Assembly: GCA_965220965.1 (NCBI GenBank)
Contig: OZ244852.1
Span: 2,080,001 to 2,144,000, forward strand
Direction: 5' to 3'
DNA length: 64,000 nucleotides
DNA from: Candidatus Marinacidobacterium sp.
Lineage (GTDB): Bacteria > Acidobacteriota > Vicinamibacteria > Marinacidobacterales > Marinacidobacteraceae
Shown: positions 22,276 through 32,656 of the stretch, in pieces
Layout: every line of letters begins with the position of its first letter
Numbering within the stretch: position 1 is the first letter of the stretch
Made by a program: the position numbers and the translations under genes
Notes under the pieces: model-generated
Seen by the model: the letters and a program-made list of their open reading frames with translations, nothing else
Databases searched by the model: none
Told to the model about the DNA's origin: nothing

Positions 22276-24531
22276 TCAGTAGTACCGGTCCCGCTCTCCG
22301 GCGCCGAAGCCGAAACTCGTCAGCCCGCCGAGGGTGATCCCGACGTGGAACAGATTCTCGGTCCTGCTGGGGAGGTTGTAGCGGATCCACTCCACGTTCA
22401 GCCCGCAGCACTGGAGCAGAAAGTCGGCCCGCACGCGCAGGTGCGACAGCCGGCGCTCGGTGATGTCGAAGTTGATGTCGGTTCCGCCGCGGAAGGCCTT
22501 GCCGAGGAAGAAGTCCGCGCCGCCGCGCAGGTAGCTCGAGGTGTCCACTTCCTCGCTGTCCTCGTCGCCGATGCGGCGCGAACGCCGGGACCAGTTGAAG
22601 TGGAACTGCTGGTCCGAGAGCCGGTCCCCGACCCGAAGGCCGGCGCGGACCGAGGTGAAAAGGCGTTCGTCCGGATCCCACTCCATCGTCCAGTCCCCGT
22701 TGACCGCCTGGTCGGGAGTGAAGCGGAAATCGGAGCGGATCGGCGACTTCTCCACCGCGCTCTCCTCGAAGGAGGAGGAGACGTAGTTCGAGTCGAACGC
22801 CCCCGCCGCTTCGTTGAAATAGAAGGTCTGGTGGACCCGCCAGGTGATCAGGTCGGTTGCGCTCGACTCCTCGACGCCGTTCCGGTAGCGCTTGGCCAGC
22901 ACCCGGTTCGCCAGCCCGAAACTCACCTCGTTTCGCTGGGGCGCGCGGTCATAGCTGTCGAGGCGGCGGACGTGTTCGGCGCCTTCGCCGCCTGTCAGGT
23001 AGCTCCACCGCACCTCCGGTTCGACGAGGTGCTTGAGGCGGGCCGCATAGAAGTTGTTCGGGGTCTCGAAGATGCGCTCCAGCTTGGGGCCCACCAGGAA
23101 CGCGTTGCCGCCGTAGAACCGGCGCGCGATCCCGAGCCCGGGAACGAAGTCGCCGGTCTCGGGATCCTCGGACCCGGTGTAGCGCATGTACCCCCCCTCG
23201 ATCTCGGCGCGAAGGTCGAGGAACGGGATCTCGGGAAGCGAAAGCCCGAGCGTGGGCGCGAAGACCATGCGGCTCCACTCCTCGAACTCATCGCGCCGCG
23301 ACTGACCGGACCGGACGAGGTCCGCCTCGTAGGAGAGCTGGACGTAGCGACCGGCCAGGTTCAGGTTCCGCCGCTCGATCGAGAGCTGCGGCCACGTCTG
23401 CCGGATGCTGTTGCGCTCCGGGTACTGGGTGTCCCGACGGTCGGCCCGGAACTTCACCCGGTGTTTCAGGAGCTGTCCGCTGAGGTCGAACTTCGTCCGC
23501 TTGTAGCGCCGGGTGGAACTCGCGAAGGAGTCCTGGAAGCGACGGCCGAAGTCGAAACTGGAATACATGTCCCCGGTCGCGCTGAGCCGGAAGCGTCCGG
23601 GGAGCCGCTGGGTGACGTCGAAGGCAAGCGAGTACTCCCGGTTCTCGGTCGTCCGGTCGTTGATGACGAAGCCCTCCACGTCGCCCCGCGACCCCTCCGC
23701 GCCGCGGTAGCGGTATTCGAGACCCATGCCGGTTCCGGAGACGGTGAAGTGGTCCACGCTGACCGTCGCGTCCATCGAGCGGTTGATCGCCCAGAAGTAG
23801 CCCTGACTGAAGAGGTGCCCCCGGGTATCGGAGCGGCCGTAGCGGGGAAGCAGGAACCCGCTTTGCCGCCCGTCTTCCTCGATGGGGTAATACATCGCCG
23901 GGAGGAAGAGCACCGGAGCGTTCTTCACCTGAAAGGACACGTTCCGGAGCCACACGTTCTTCCCCGGACGCACGACCGCGCTGGTCGCGGTGAAGCTCCA
24001 GCGGGGATTGGGCTGGGCGCAGGTGGTGAAGGCGCCGTTCGTGATCTCGTAGGCGCCGTCGTCGCGCTCCTCGAAGCGTTCGGCGACGAAGTGGAAGTCC
24101 TGTCCCACGATGCCGCGCGCCTCCTGGAAGACCGCGGTTCCGGCCTCGAGGTCCGCCGTCATGGCCTCCGCCACGACCTTCTCGTTCCCGCGCTCGAAGA
24201 CCACATCCCCGGAAGCGGACAGCGTCTGGGCGTCCTCGTCGATCTCGATCCGGTCCGCCTGGACGCGGATGTCCCGGTATGCCATCTGGGCGTAGCCCTC
24301 GAGCGCGACCCGGGCCCCCTCCCGCTCCACCGATTCGGCGCGGGTGATCATCGTTCCCTCGGGCGGGGGGTCGTGCGGCCAGGCGACCGGCGGCTCGGGC
24401 TCCCGCTCCCTCCGGGCGCCCCTCGGCTGCGCCTCGGCGTCGAGAACCGCGGAACACGCAAGCACCCCCACGGCCACGATGCTCCGGCAGAGCGGGCGGG
24501 CGGCGGATCCCATGGCCCGCAGCGGATGCAA
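22276..24531 (-). CDS. lptD: LPS-assembly outer-membrane protein LptD
   Basis: N-terminal jellyroll, FTTC...PRW, RQSGFLLP, YFWAINRSMDAT, C-terminal QCC; beta-barrel character. Confidence 0.85.
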   Translation of the reverse strand: MHPLRAMGSAARPLCRSIVAVGVLACSAVLDAEAQPRGARREREPEPPVAWPHDPPPEGTMITRAESVEREGARVALEGYAQMAYRDIRVQADRIEIDEDAQTLSASGDVVFERGNEKVVAEAMTADLEAGTAVFQEARGIVGQDFHFVAERFEERDDGAYEITNGAFTTCAQPNPRWSFTATSAVVRPGKNVWLRNVSFQVKNAPVLFLPAMYYPIEEDGRQSGFLLPRYGRSDTRGHLFSQGYFWAINRSMDATVSVDHFTVSGTGMGLEYRYRGAEGSRGDVEGFVINDRTTENREYSLAFDVTQRLPGRFRLSATGDMYSSFDFGRRFQDSFASSTRRYKRTKFDLSGQLLKHRVKFRADRRDTQYPERNSIRQTWPQLSIERRNLNLAGRYVQLSYEADLVRSGQSRRDEFEEWSRMVFAPTLGLSLPEIPFLDLRAEIEGGYMRYTGSEDPETGDFVPGLGIARRFYGGNAFLVGPKLERIFETPNNFYAARLKHLVEPEVRWSYLTGGEGAEHVRRLDSYDRAPQRNEVSFGLANRVLAKRYRNGVEESSATDLITWRVHQTFYFNEAAGAFDSNYVSSSFEESAVEKSPIRSDFRFTPDQAVNGDWTMEWDPDERLFTSVRAGLRVGDRLSDQQFHFNWSRRSRRIGDEDSEEVDTSSYLRGGADFFLGKAFRGGTDINFDITERRLSHLRVRADFLLQCCGLNVEWIRYNLPSRTENLFHVGITLGGLTSFGFGAGERDRYY

Positions 24532-24568
24532 TGCGCGTTCCCGCTCCCCGCCGGATCCGGCGGATTCC

Positions 24569-25177
24569 CTAACGGGAGGCTTCGTAGTAGGGGTTCGTGC
24601 CGGCGGCGTGATCCGTGGTGTCCAGGATCGCCCCGATCCCGGGGACCGCCCGGCGCAGGCTCCGCTCGACGCCCTGGCGCAGGGTGGCGGTCGCCATCCC
24701 GCAGCCCTGGCAGCCGCCGCCCATCTTCAGGAACACCTGGTTGCGGTCCACCCGCACCAGGTCGATCCATCCGCCGTGCGACGCGACCGCCGGGTTGATC
24801 TCGTCGCGGAGCACCGTCTGGACGCCTTCCCGGATCGAGTCCTCCGAGGGGAGTTCGTCCAGGACCTCGGGATCGACCGCCAACTCGCCGCTCTCGAGGA
24901 CGCTCCGGATCCGGCGGCCGACCTCGCGGCCGATCGGCATCCAGTTGCCTCCGGTGTCGGCGTTCACGGTGACGAGGCTGTCCTGGATGAGCACTCCCTG
25001 GACGCCGGGTATCCCGAGGATCGCCCGGGCCATCGGCGACCGCCCGGCCTGCGCGGAGGAGTCGAAGAAGACGGACCCCTCGGGGAAGATCGGGCGGTCC
25101 ACCACGAACCGGCAGGTGTCGTTGTCGCGGGGTTCGGCGCGGATGCGGATTCCGTCTGGGGGCGTCGGCGCAGCCAT
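24569..25177 (-). CDS. NifU/NfuA-family Fe-S carrier (Nfu_N plus NifU domain)
   Basis: INPAVASHGG, MGGGCQGCGMA. ATG 25177 chosen over the ORF-track start at 25486. Confidence 0.88.
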   Translation of the reverse strand: MAAPTPPDGIRIRAEPRDNDTCRFVVDRPIFPEGSVFFDSSAQAGRSPMARAILGIPGVQGVLIQDSLVTVNADTGGNWMPIGREVGRRIRSVLESGELAVDPEVLDELPSEDSIREGVQTVLRDEINPAVASHGGWIDLVRVDRNQVFLKMGGGCQGCGMATATLRQGVERSLRRAVPGIGAILDTTDHAAGTNPYYEASR

Positions 25178-25602
25178 GCGAAGAGTGTAGCGGCGGGGAG
25201 GCGGCGCCGGCGCCGGGAGATGAGCGCAGGGATCGTCCATGAAACCCCCGTTCCGCGTTCCACCCATTGAACCGGGACTGGCGGGTTTGTGGATGGGGCC
25301 GAAGGCCCGGATCCGGGATCCAGTTCCCCGAAGCGCGGCGACCGCAGCCTCTTCCGGCGCCCGGTAGAGGGTCCGAATCGCGATGCGCCGACAGCGCCCG
25401 GCGCTTCGTGTCCGGCCGGTCGGGTGGTGGGCCCACATGGCGGGAGCGGTCTCCGGGGCGCGCCCCTTGCGCCGAAAGGAGAACACCCGGGACGAGCCGC
25501 CCGGCGTCTTCCGAGGTCCCGGAATCCCCCGGAATTCAGGAAAGGCGACATCGCGGCTGTCCCGGGCCTTCTCTCATTCGCACAAAGGAGCGACACCATC
25601 CG

Positions 25603-28491
25603 ATGAAACCCCTTCCCCGACCCGTCCGCGCTCTCGCGGCCTTCGCCGCGCTGGCGCTCCTCGCGGGAGCCCCGGCGCTCGCGCAGACCTCCGGCGAGAT
25701 CGAAGGCCGGGTCACTGATTCCCAGGGGCTCGCCGCGCCAGGCGTGGTCGTGACCCTCTCCGGCGAGGCGCTCATCGCCCCGCAGACCGCCGTCACCCTG
25801 AGCGACGGCTCCTACCGCTTCCGCTCGCTGCGGCGCGGTTCCTACGACCTCCGCTTCGAGATCTCCGGGTTCTCCACTCTCGTCCGGGAGGGCGTCCTCG
25901 TCGAGGGCGGCCGCACGATCACGGTTCCGGCGATCCTCGAAGTGGCGACCGTCGCGGAGACCGTGACCGTCACCGGCGAAGCCCCGGTGGTCGACGTCCG
26001 GACCACCGCAATTTCGAACGACTTCGGCAGGGAGGAGCTCCACGACGTCCCCTCCGCCACCGATGTGTGGGCCGTCCTGGCCCAGACCCCGGGCGTGCGG
26101 ATGCGCGGTTACGACGTGGGGGGATCCCACAAGAGCCAGCAGACCGGCTACGAGAGCTTCGGCATCCGCAGCCAGAACCGCGTTCTCGCCGACGGCGTGG
26201 ACACGACCGAGGGCGAAGGCGGAACCGGCTTCTACTTCGACTACTACTCCATCGAGGAGTTCACGACCGCCGCGGCCGGGGCCGACGTGGAAATGACCGG
26301 CCCGGGATCGATGATCGTCATGACGATGAAGAGCGGCGGCAACGATTTCAGCAGCCTGCTTCACGGGGACTACGAGCCGGGCGCCTTCGTCGGAAACAAC
26401 ATCGACTCGGAACTCGAGGCCCGCAACTTCAGCGGGAACCCGAACCTGCTGTTCTGGGAGGCCCACGGGGATCTCGGCGGCCCGATCGTGAAGGACCGCG
26501 CGTGGTTCTACGGCTTCTACAACCACTTCCGGATCGACAAGCAGGTTTCCGGGGTGGACCCGGAGGTGGCCACCGACCTGGGCGACTTCGACCAGTTCGG
26601 CGGCAAGATCACCGCCGCCCCGACGACGAACGACCAGATCCTCCTCTACACGAACTACCAGCTCAAGCAGAAGCCGAAGCGGGGCCTGTCGAACACGATC
26701 GGCCCCGACTCGGTGCTCGCCCAGGACAGTTGGAGCTGGGCGCACAAGGCCGAGTGGCAGCGGGTCTGGGACGAACGCACGTTCACGACTCTGGCGGCCA
26801 AACACTTCGGGTTCGGGTGGCCGATGGTTCCCCAGGTGGACCCGGAGTCGAACCCACCGCGTTACGACCAGGCCACCAGCATTCTCAGCGGCGCCGGGTG
26901 GTTCAGTGGCGTAACCGGGGCGCCGCCGTTCACGTTCGAGCGCTGGAAGCCCCAGGTCACGGCGACCGCGAACCATTACGTCCCGGACTTCGGCGGCAGC
27001 CACGACTTCAAGGTGGGCTACGAGTTCCAGACGGACAGCCGCCGGTTCGGCGCGAACTCGAACTCGGGGCACATCCGCTACATCGACGACAGCTCCCAGG
27101 GGCGTCCGTTCGATGTGGACCAGATCGCGCTGTTCAGCATGCCGGCGGACGGCCAGATCGAGGCCGACTCGCGGAACACCCACCACGATGTCTTTGCGCA
27201 GGACACCTGGCGTCCTCATCGCCGGCTGACGCTGAACCTGGGCGTCCGTTACGGCCGTCAGCGGACGCACTTCCTGGCGTCGGAGTCGAATCCGCTCTTC
27301 GCCGACTTCTTCCCGACCGGCGAGACCGAGGGACAGACGCTCGTGGTCTGGGACACCTGGGCGCCGCGGGTCGGCGCGACGTACGAGATCTCGTCCGGCA
27401 GCGTGCTGAAGGCGCACTACGGGCGCTACTTCGTGAATCTCGCCGACGCCCACCGACGGGCTGACCCGGCGAACGTCGCGTGGATCCGGTTCGACTTCCT
27501 CGACCCGAACGGGAACGGGCTCTACGACGGACCGGCGGAACTCGGCGCGGTCCGCGCGACGTCCGGCGCCACCGGGACGGAACTGACGGCAATCGGCACC
27601 CCGGTGAACCCGGATCTCGAACAGGAATTTGTGGACGAGTTCAGTCTCTCGATCGAACACGAACTGGTCGAGGACACCGCGGTGCGCGCCTCGTGGGTCC
27701 AGAAGCGGCGCAACGCCGATAGCGGACAGTGGAACGCTCCCCAGCAGCTCGCATTGCTGAACGGCGAGGGAATCGCCTGCGGAACCGACTTCGACTGCCC
27801 GGTGAACGCGCTCACCGGAGCCCCGATCAACATCCAGCGGGTCCCCGATGCAGTGGCCGATGTCGTGGACATCGGAACCGACACGTTCCCCGGCATGGAG
27901 TCCCGATACGACACGATCCAGATCGCCACCGACCGCCGTTTCGCCGGCGGGTTCTTCATCCAGGCGAGTTTCGACTACCAGTGGCGCGATGAACACCGCG
28001 CCGCCGCCGGCGAATCCACCAGCCCGCTGACCGCCGACCCCATCGATGTGGGCTCCGACGGCCACGGAACCATCTGGCAGAACCACAGTCTGGACGTGGA
28101 CTTCCGGCAGAAGACCACGAACTGGAACGGCCGCCTGCTGGCCCGCTACGCCTTCGGCTGGGGCGCCGCGCTCTCCGCGAATCTGCGTTACCAGAGCGGC
28201 TGGCCGTGGGCCCCGATCCAGACGGTTTCGGTTCCCGGCTCCGGAACCCAGCGGGTGTTCCTTTCGAACCTGGACGAGAACCGGTCCGAAGACACGACGC
28301 TGCTGGACGTCCGGATCGAGAAGGCTTTCGACTTCGAGGGCGCGCAGCTCACCGCCATGCTGGATGTCTACAACGCCCTGAACTCGAACGCGGTCACGAA
28401 CTTCAACCTGCGCACCGGCGCGAACTACTACGACGTCATCGCGGCCCTCGATCCCCGGGCCGCCAAGGTGGGACTCCGCCTCACCTTCTGA
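25603..28491 (+). CDS. TonB-dependent receptor with N-terminal carboxypeptidase-regulatory-like domain (paralog 1)
   Basis: AAGGAG RBS, signal peptide, ETVTVTGE TonB-box-like motif, KSGGN, LGGPIVKDRAWFY, QDTW, C-terminal RLTF. Confidence 0.9.
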   Translation: MKPLPRPVRALAAFAALALLAGAPALAQTSGEIEGRVTDSQGLAAPGVVVTLSGEALIAPQTAVTLSDGSYRFRSLRRGSYDLRFEISGFSTLVREGVLVEGGRTITVPAILEVATVAETVTVTGEAPVVDVRTTAISNDFGREELHDVPSATDVWAVLAQTPGVRMRGYDVGGSHKSQQTGYESFGIRSQNRVLADGVDTTEGEGGTGFYFDYYSIEEFTTAAAGADVEMTGPGSMIVMTMKSGGNDFSSLLHGDYEPGAFVGNNIDSELEARNFSGNPNLLFWEAHGDLGGPIVKDRAWFYGFYNHFRIDKQVSGVDPEVATDLGDFDQFGGKITAAPTTNDQILLYTNYQLKQKPKRGLSNTIGPDSVLAQDSWSWAHKAEWQRVWDERTFTTLAAKHFGFGWPMVPQVDPESNPPRYDQATSILSGAGWFSGVTGAPPFTFERWKPQVTATANHYVPDFGGSHDFKVGYEFQTDSRRFGANSNSGHIRYIDDSSQGRPFDVDQIALFSMPADGQIEADSRNTHHDVFAQDTWRPHRRLTLNLGVRYGRQRTHFLASESNPLFADFFPTGETEGQTLVVWDTWAPRVGATYEISSGSVLKAHYGRYFVNLADAHRRADPANVAWIRFDFLDPNGNGLYDGPAELGAVRATSGATGTELTAIGTPVNPDLEQEFVDEFSLSIEHELVEDTAVRASWVQKRRNADSGQWNAPQQLALLNGEGIACGTDFDCPVNALTGAPINIQRVPDAVADVVDIGTDTFPGMESRYDTIQIATDRRFAGGFFIQASFDYQWRDEHRAAAGESTSPLTADPIDVGSDGHGTIWQNHSLDVDFRQKTTNWNGRLLARYAFGWGAALSANLRYQSGWPWAPIQTVSVPGSGTQRVFLSNLDENRSEDTTLLDVRIEKAFDFEGAQLTAMLDVYNALNSNAVTNFNLRTGANYYDVIAALDPRAAKVGLRLTF

Positions 28492-28502
28492 CTTCTTCCA
28501 CG

Positions 28503-28530
28503 GGCTGGCGGTCCTCCGGGGCCGCCAGCC
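28503..28530 (+). terminator. GC hairpin after TBDR paralog 1
   Basis: GGCTGGCGGTCC-TCCG-GGGCCGCCAGCC; weak U-tract. Confidence 0.5.
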
Positions 28531-28544
28531 TCCGTTCGCGTCCA

Positions 28545-28752
28545 GTGACAGGTTTCCGCCGGGTTCGCGTCCTGCGCAGGTGGGAGAGCCTCGCCCCCGC
28601 CCTGACCCACAGGATGCGGTCCGCTGGCTCCGGGAGGATCGGCAGGGACAGCAAGAGGCCGAGCGCCGCCGCATGTTCCCGCGCTGATCGGCCTCTTCGG
28701 CGCAGGGCTGATCGTGCTGGGGCAGTTCCTGCTCCAACGTCTCGCCGGGTGA
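28545..28752 (+). pseudogene. Internally deleted relic copy of the array unit (copy 0)
   Basis: A degenerate version of the unit upstream region joins directly to VPALIGLFGAGLIVLGQFLLQRLAG* (28675-28752). Promoter, head and stalk are missing. Confidence 0.8.
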
Positions 28753-28946
28753 AGACCCCGGGCGCTCCCGGCGGCGGCCCGAGAAACTGACAAAGCGCCG
28801 CCGGGTGGCAGGTTTCCGGCGACTTTGCGTCTTGCGTCTCTCGGAGAGCCCAGCCCCCGCCCTGACGCTCAGGTCGGACTGGCGGGCTCCCGGGAGGATC
28901 CGCATGAACACGAAGAAGCCCGCAGCCGCTGCCCAGGGCGCGCCGG

Positions 28947-28975
28947 TTGCCGTCGCGCAGGCACGTCCCTACACT
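28947..28975 (+). promoter_or_regulatory. Sigma70-like promoter repeated before every array gene (first copy given)
   Basis: TTGCCG-N17-TACACT; also at 29705-29733, 30780-30808, 31663-31691, 32595-32623 and 33614-33642 (TTGCCA). Confidence 0.65.
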
Positions 28976-29008
28976 GGAGTTGAGCGACCCGCGCCGGTTC
29001 GACCCCCG

Positions 29009-29506
29009 ATGACCTCACCCCCGACGAAGCCGGAGCCGTCGCCGCCCACCTCGGCGCAGACGGCGGCGCGGGCGCTTGCCGAGGCCCCGGTTCCGCAGGA
29101 CGAGCTGACCCGGTGGCTCTACAGCACGCTGGATTCCCACCGGCTCGAAGCGCGCGAGGACCGTCGGGACATGGAGGGACGGCTGAACGAGCAGTTCTCC
29201 TCCGTCGATCGTCGGCTCTCCGTACTGGAGCGCCAAGGGGCCGCCGTGGAAGGCCGGCTCTCCGCGGTGGAAGGTCAGGTCGCCGAACACAGGGCCGAGA
29301 CCCGGGAGCAGTTCAAGGCGGTCAACGCCACCCTGAGCGAGCTCTGCGCGCGGATGGATCGCATGGAGGCGGCGTCGGCCGCCGAAAAGGAGCAGCGGGA
29401 CCGGCTATTCCGCGTCATCGCGTGGCTCGTTCCGGCCCTGATCGGCATCTTCGGGGTGGGGCTCGCTGTGTTCGGGCAGTTTCTGCTGCAGCGCCTCGCC
29501 GGCTGA
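29009..29506 (+). CDS. C-terminally membrane-anchored coiled-coil protein, copy 1 (165 aa)
   Basis: Pro-rich N-terminus, 4 heptads, C-terminal TM helix. Alternative in-frame start at ATG 28904 (MNTKK) with a GGAGG RBS. Confidence 0.8.
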   Translation: MTSPPTKPEPSPPTSAQTAARALAEAPVPQDELTRWLYSTLDSHRLEAREDRRDMEGRLNEQFSSVDRRLSVLERQGAAVEGRLSAVEGQVAEHRAETREQFKAVNATLSELCARMDRMEAASAAEKEQRDRLFRVIAWLVPALIGIFGVGLAVFGQFLLQRLAG

Positions 29507-29766
29507 AGACTCCAGGCCACCGTCTCCCGGCGACGGCCCGAGAAACTGACAACGCGGCGCCGGGTGACAGGTTTCCGGCGGCGGTGCGTCTTGCTCCTGT
29601 CGGAGAGCCCAGCCCCCGCCCTGACACCCAGGTGCGGCACGCGGGCTCCGGGAGCATCCGCATGGACACGAAGAAGCCCACAGCCGTTGCCCAGGGCCCG
29701 CCGGTTGCCGCCGCACAGGCCCGGCCCTACACTGGAGTCAAGCCGCCTGCGCTGGTTCAACCCCCG

Positions 29767-30381
29767 ATGACCTCACCCCCGAAGAAGCCGGAGCAGTCGT
29801 CGCCGACCCCCGCGCGGGCGCTTACCGAGGCTCCCGTTCCGCAGGACGGGCTCGGTCTGTGGCTCTACAGCGCGCTGGATTCCCAGCGGCTCGAAGCCCG
29901 CGAGGAGCGTCGGGACATGGAGGGGCGACTGAACGAGCGCTTCTCGGAACTCGGCGGCAAGGTCTCCTCCGTCGATCGCCGGCTCTCCGCCGTCGAACGC
30001 CAGGGGGCCGCGGTGGAAGGCCGGCTCTCCGGGGTGGAAGGCCGGCTCTCCGCCGTTGAGACTGGGCTCGCCGAACTTGGGAAGCGACTCGACCACCAGG
30101 GCGCCGAACTCCGAGGGCACATTGACAGCCAAATCAGCGAGCTCAGAGGGCAAATCGACAACCTCAGAGAAGAGACTCGCGCCGATCGGAACGCCATCGT
30201 CGCCACCCTGAGCGAGCTCTGCGCACGGCTCGACCGCATGGAGGCGGCCTCGGCCGCCGAGAAGGAGCAACGGGACCGGCGGTGGCGCGTGATCGCGTGG
30301 CTCGTTCCCGCCCTGATCGGCATCTTCGGGGTGGGGCTCGCTGTGTTCGGGCAGTTCCTGCTGCAACGCCTCGCCGGCTGA
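29767..30381 (+). CDS. Membrane-anchored coiled-coil protein, copy 2 (204 aa)
   Basis: Paralog with heptads plus 2 hendecads; C-terminal TM. Confidence 0.8.
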   Translation: MTSPPKKPEQSSPTPARALTEAPVPQDGLGLWLYSALDSQRLEAREERRDMEGRLNERFSELGGKVSSVDRRLSAVERQGAAVEGRLSGVEGRLSAVETGLAELGKRLDHQGAELRGHIDSQISELRGQIDNLREETRADRNAIVATLSELCARLDRMEAASAAEKEQRDRRWRVIAWLVPALIGIFGVGLAVFGQFLLQRLAG

Positions 30382-30517
30382 ACACCCGGGCCGCCGTCTC
30401 CCGGCGGCGGCCCGAGAAACTGACAACGCGGCGCCGGGTGGCAGATTTCCGCCGGCTTTGCGTCTTGCTCCTGTCGGAGAGCCCACCCCCCGCCCTGACG
30501 CTCAGGTCCGGCGTTAG

Positions 30518-30715
30518 CAACCTGTTGACGAAGTCACGCGGCCCGGTTCTCCCGGTAGGGGCTCGAGCGGCGATCCATCCCGCCCGAACCGCGCCCCTTC
30601 GGGGCGCTCATCGTTGCGTTTCGCTCGGAATATTCCCGATATTCCTCGCTCACGCGCCTTGTCGGCCGGGCGCCTCACCGCTCTCGGCGCTGCACGGGAC
30701 TTCATCAACAGGCTG
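30518..30715. mobile_element. MITE-like element 1
   Basis: Terminal inverted repeats CAACCTGTTGACGAAGTC / GACTTCATCAACAGGCTG. Absent from the equivalent site in other array units; TTAG on the left flank. Confidence 0.75.
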
Positions 30716-30841
30716 CCGGCTCCCGGGAGCACCCGCATGGACACGAGGAAGCCCACGGCCGCTGCCCAGGGCGCGCCGGTTGCCGCCGCCCAGGCCCGGC
30801 CCTACACTGGAGTTAAGCGGCCTGCGCTGGTTCAACCCCCG

Positions 30842-31465
30842 ATGACCTCACCCCCGAAGAAGCCGGAGCCGTCGCCGCCCACTTCGGCGCGGACGGCGGC
30901 GCGACCGCTCGCCGAGGCCCCGGTTACCCAGGACGGGCTGACCCGGTGGCTCTACAGCGCGCTGGATTCCCACCGGCTCGAAGCCCGCGAGGACCGTCGG
31001 GACATGGAGGGGCGGCTGAACGAGCAGTTCTCCTCCGTTGATCGCCGGCTTTCCGCAGTCGAACGCCAGGGGTCCGCGGTGGACAGCCGGCTCTCCGCAG
31101 TGGACGGCCGAGTCTCCACAGTTGAAGGTCGGCTCTCGAAGGTAGAGAACCGGCTCTCGAAGGTAGAGAACCGGCTCTCGGCTGTGGAAGGCCGGCTCTC
31201 CGCAGTGGAAGGCCGGCTCTCCGCGGTTGAGGGCCAGCTCGCCGAACACAGGGCCGAGACCCGGGAGGAGTTCAAGGCGGTCAACGCCACCCTCAGCCAA
31301 ATCTGCGCGAGGCTCGACCGCATGGAGGCGGCCTCGGCCGCCGAGAAGGAGCAGCGGGACCGGAGGTGGCGTGTGATCGCGTGGCTCGTTCCGGCCCTGA
31401 TCGGCATCTTCGGGGTGGGGTTCGCTGTGTTCGGGCAGTTCCTACTGCAACGCCTCGCCGGCTGA
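30842..31465 (+). CDS. Membrane-anchored coiled-coil protein, copy 3 (207 aa)
   Basis: 10 heptads (SAVEGRL/SKVENRL type), no hendecads; C-terminal TM. Confidence 0.8.
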   Translation: MTSPPKKPEPSPPTSARTAARPLAEAPVTQDGLTRWLYSALDSHRLEAREDRRDMEGRLNEQFSSVDRRLSAVERQGSAVDSRLSAVDGRVSTVEGRLSKVENRLSKVENRLSAVEGRLSAVEGRLSAVEGQLAEHRAETREEFKAVNATLSQICARLDRMEAASAAEKEQRDRRWRVIAWLVPALIGIFGVGFAVFGQFLLQRLAG

Positions 31466-31724
31466 ACACCCGGGCCGCCGTCTCCCGGCGACGGCCCAAG
31501 AAACTGACAAAGCGCCGCCGGGTGGCAGGTTTCCGGCGACTTTGCGTCTTGCGTCTCTCGGAGAGCCCAGCCCCCGCCCTGACACCCAGGTGCGGCACGC
31601 GGGCTCCGGGAGCATCCGCATGGACACGAAGAAGCCCACGGCCGTTGCCCAGGGCGCGCCGGTTGCCGCCGCCCAGGCCCGGCCCTACACTGGAGTTGAC
31701 GAAATCGCGCCGGTTCGAACTCCG

Positions 31725-32396
31725 ATGACCTCACCCCCGACGAAGCCGGAGCCGTCGCCGCCCACCTCGGCGCAGACGGCGGCGCGGACGCTCGCCGAGG
31801 CTCCGGTTCCCCAGGACGGGCTGACCCGGTGGCTCTACAGCGCGCTGGATTCCCACCGGCTCGAAGCGCGCGAGGACCGTCGGGACATGGAGGGGCGGCT
31901 GAACGAGCAGTTCTCCTCCGTCGATCGCCGGCTCTCCGCCGTCGAACGCCAGGGGGCCGCGGTGGACAGCCGGCTCTCCGGAGTGGAAGGCCGGCTCTCC
32001 GCAGTGGAGACGGGGCTCGCCGAGCTCGGGAAGCGAATCGACCGCCAGGGCGCCGAAATCCGAGGGCGCAGCGACAGCCAGTTCGCCGAACTCCGAGGGT
32101 ATATCGACAGTCAGGTTTCCGAGCTCCGGGGGCACATCGACAGCCGGGTCAGCGATCTCAGAGGGCAAATCGAAAACCACAGAGCCGAGACCCGCGCCGA
32201 TCGGAACGCCATCGTCGCCACCCTGAGCGAGCTCTGCGCGCGGATGGATCGCATGGAGGCGGCGTCGGCCGCCGAGAAGGAGCAGCGGGACCGGCGGTGG
32301 CGCGTGATCGCGTGGCTCGTTCCGGCGCTGATCGGGATCTTCGGGGTGGGGCTTGCTGTGTTCGGGCAGTTCCTCCTGCAACGCCTCGCCGGCTGA
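31725..32396 (+). CDS. Membrane-anchored coiled-coil protein, copy 4 (223 aa)
   Basis: Heptads plus 4 hendecads; C-terminal TM. Confidence 0.8.
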   Translation: MTSPPTKPEPSPPTSAQTAARTLAEAPVPQDGLTRWLYSALDSHRLEAREDRRDMEGRLNEQFSSVDRRLSAVERQGAAVDSRLSGVEGRLSAVETGLAELGKRIDRQGAEIRGRSDSQFAELRGYIDSQVSELRGHIDSRVSDLRGQIENHRAETRADRNAIVATLSELCARMDRMEAASAAEKEQRDRRWRVIAWLVPALIGIFGVGLAVFGQFLLQRLAG

Positions 32397-32656
32397 CGGC
32401 CCCGGGCCGCCGTCTCCCGGCGGCGGCCCGAGAAACTGACAAAGCGCCGCCGGGTGGCAGGTTTCCGGCGACTTTGCGTCTTGCACCTTCCGGAGAGCCC
32501 GGCCCCCGCCCTGACACTCAGGTCGGACTGGCGGGCTCCGGGAGGATCCGCATGGACACGAAGAAGCCCACGGCCGCTGCCCAAGGCGCGCCGGTTGCCG
32601 TCGCGCAGGCACGTCCCTACACTGGAGGTGAGCCTCCGGCGCTCGTTCGACCCCCG

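Noticed and set aside
28805-28903. MAGFRRLCVL... N-terminal extension of the array genes
   Set aside because: In frame only in copy 1; frameshifted or MITE-interrupted in the other copies, so likely non-coding.
24964-28911. 1315-aa minus-strand ORF and similar long antisense ORFs (11844-13889, 17241-19433, 22345-24798, 45379-47733)
   Set aside because: Shadow frames of well-supported genes in high-GC DNA; no recognisable motifs.
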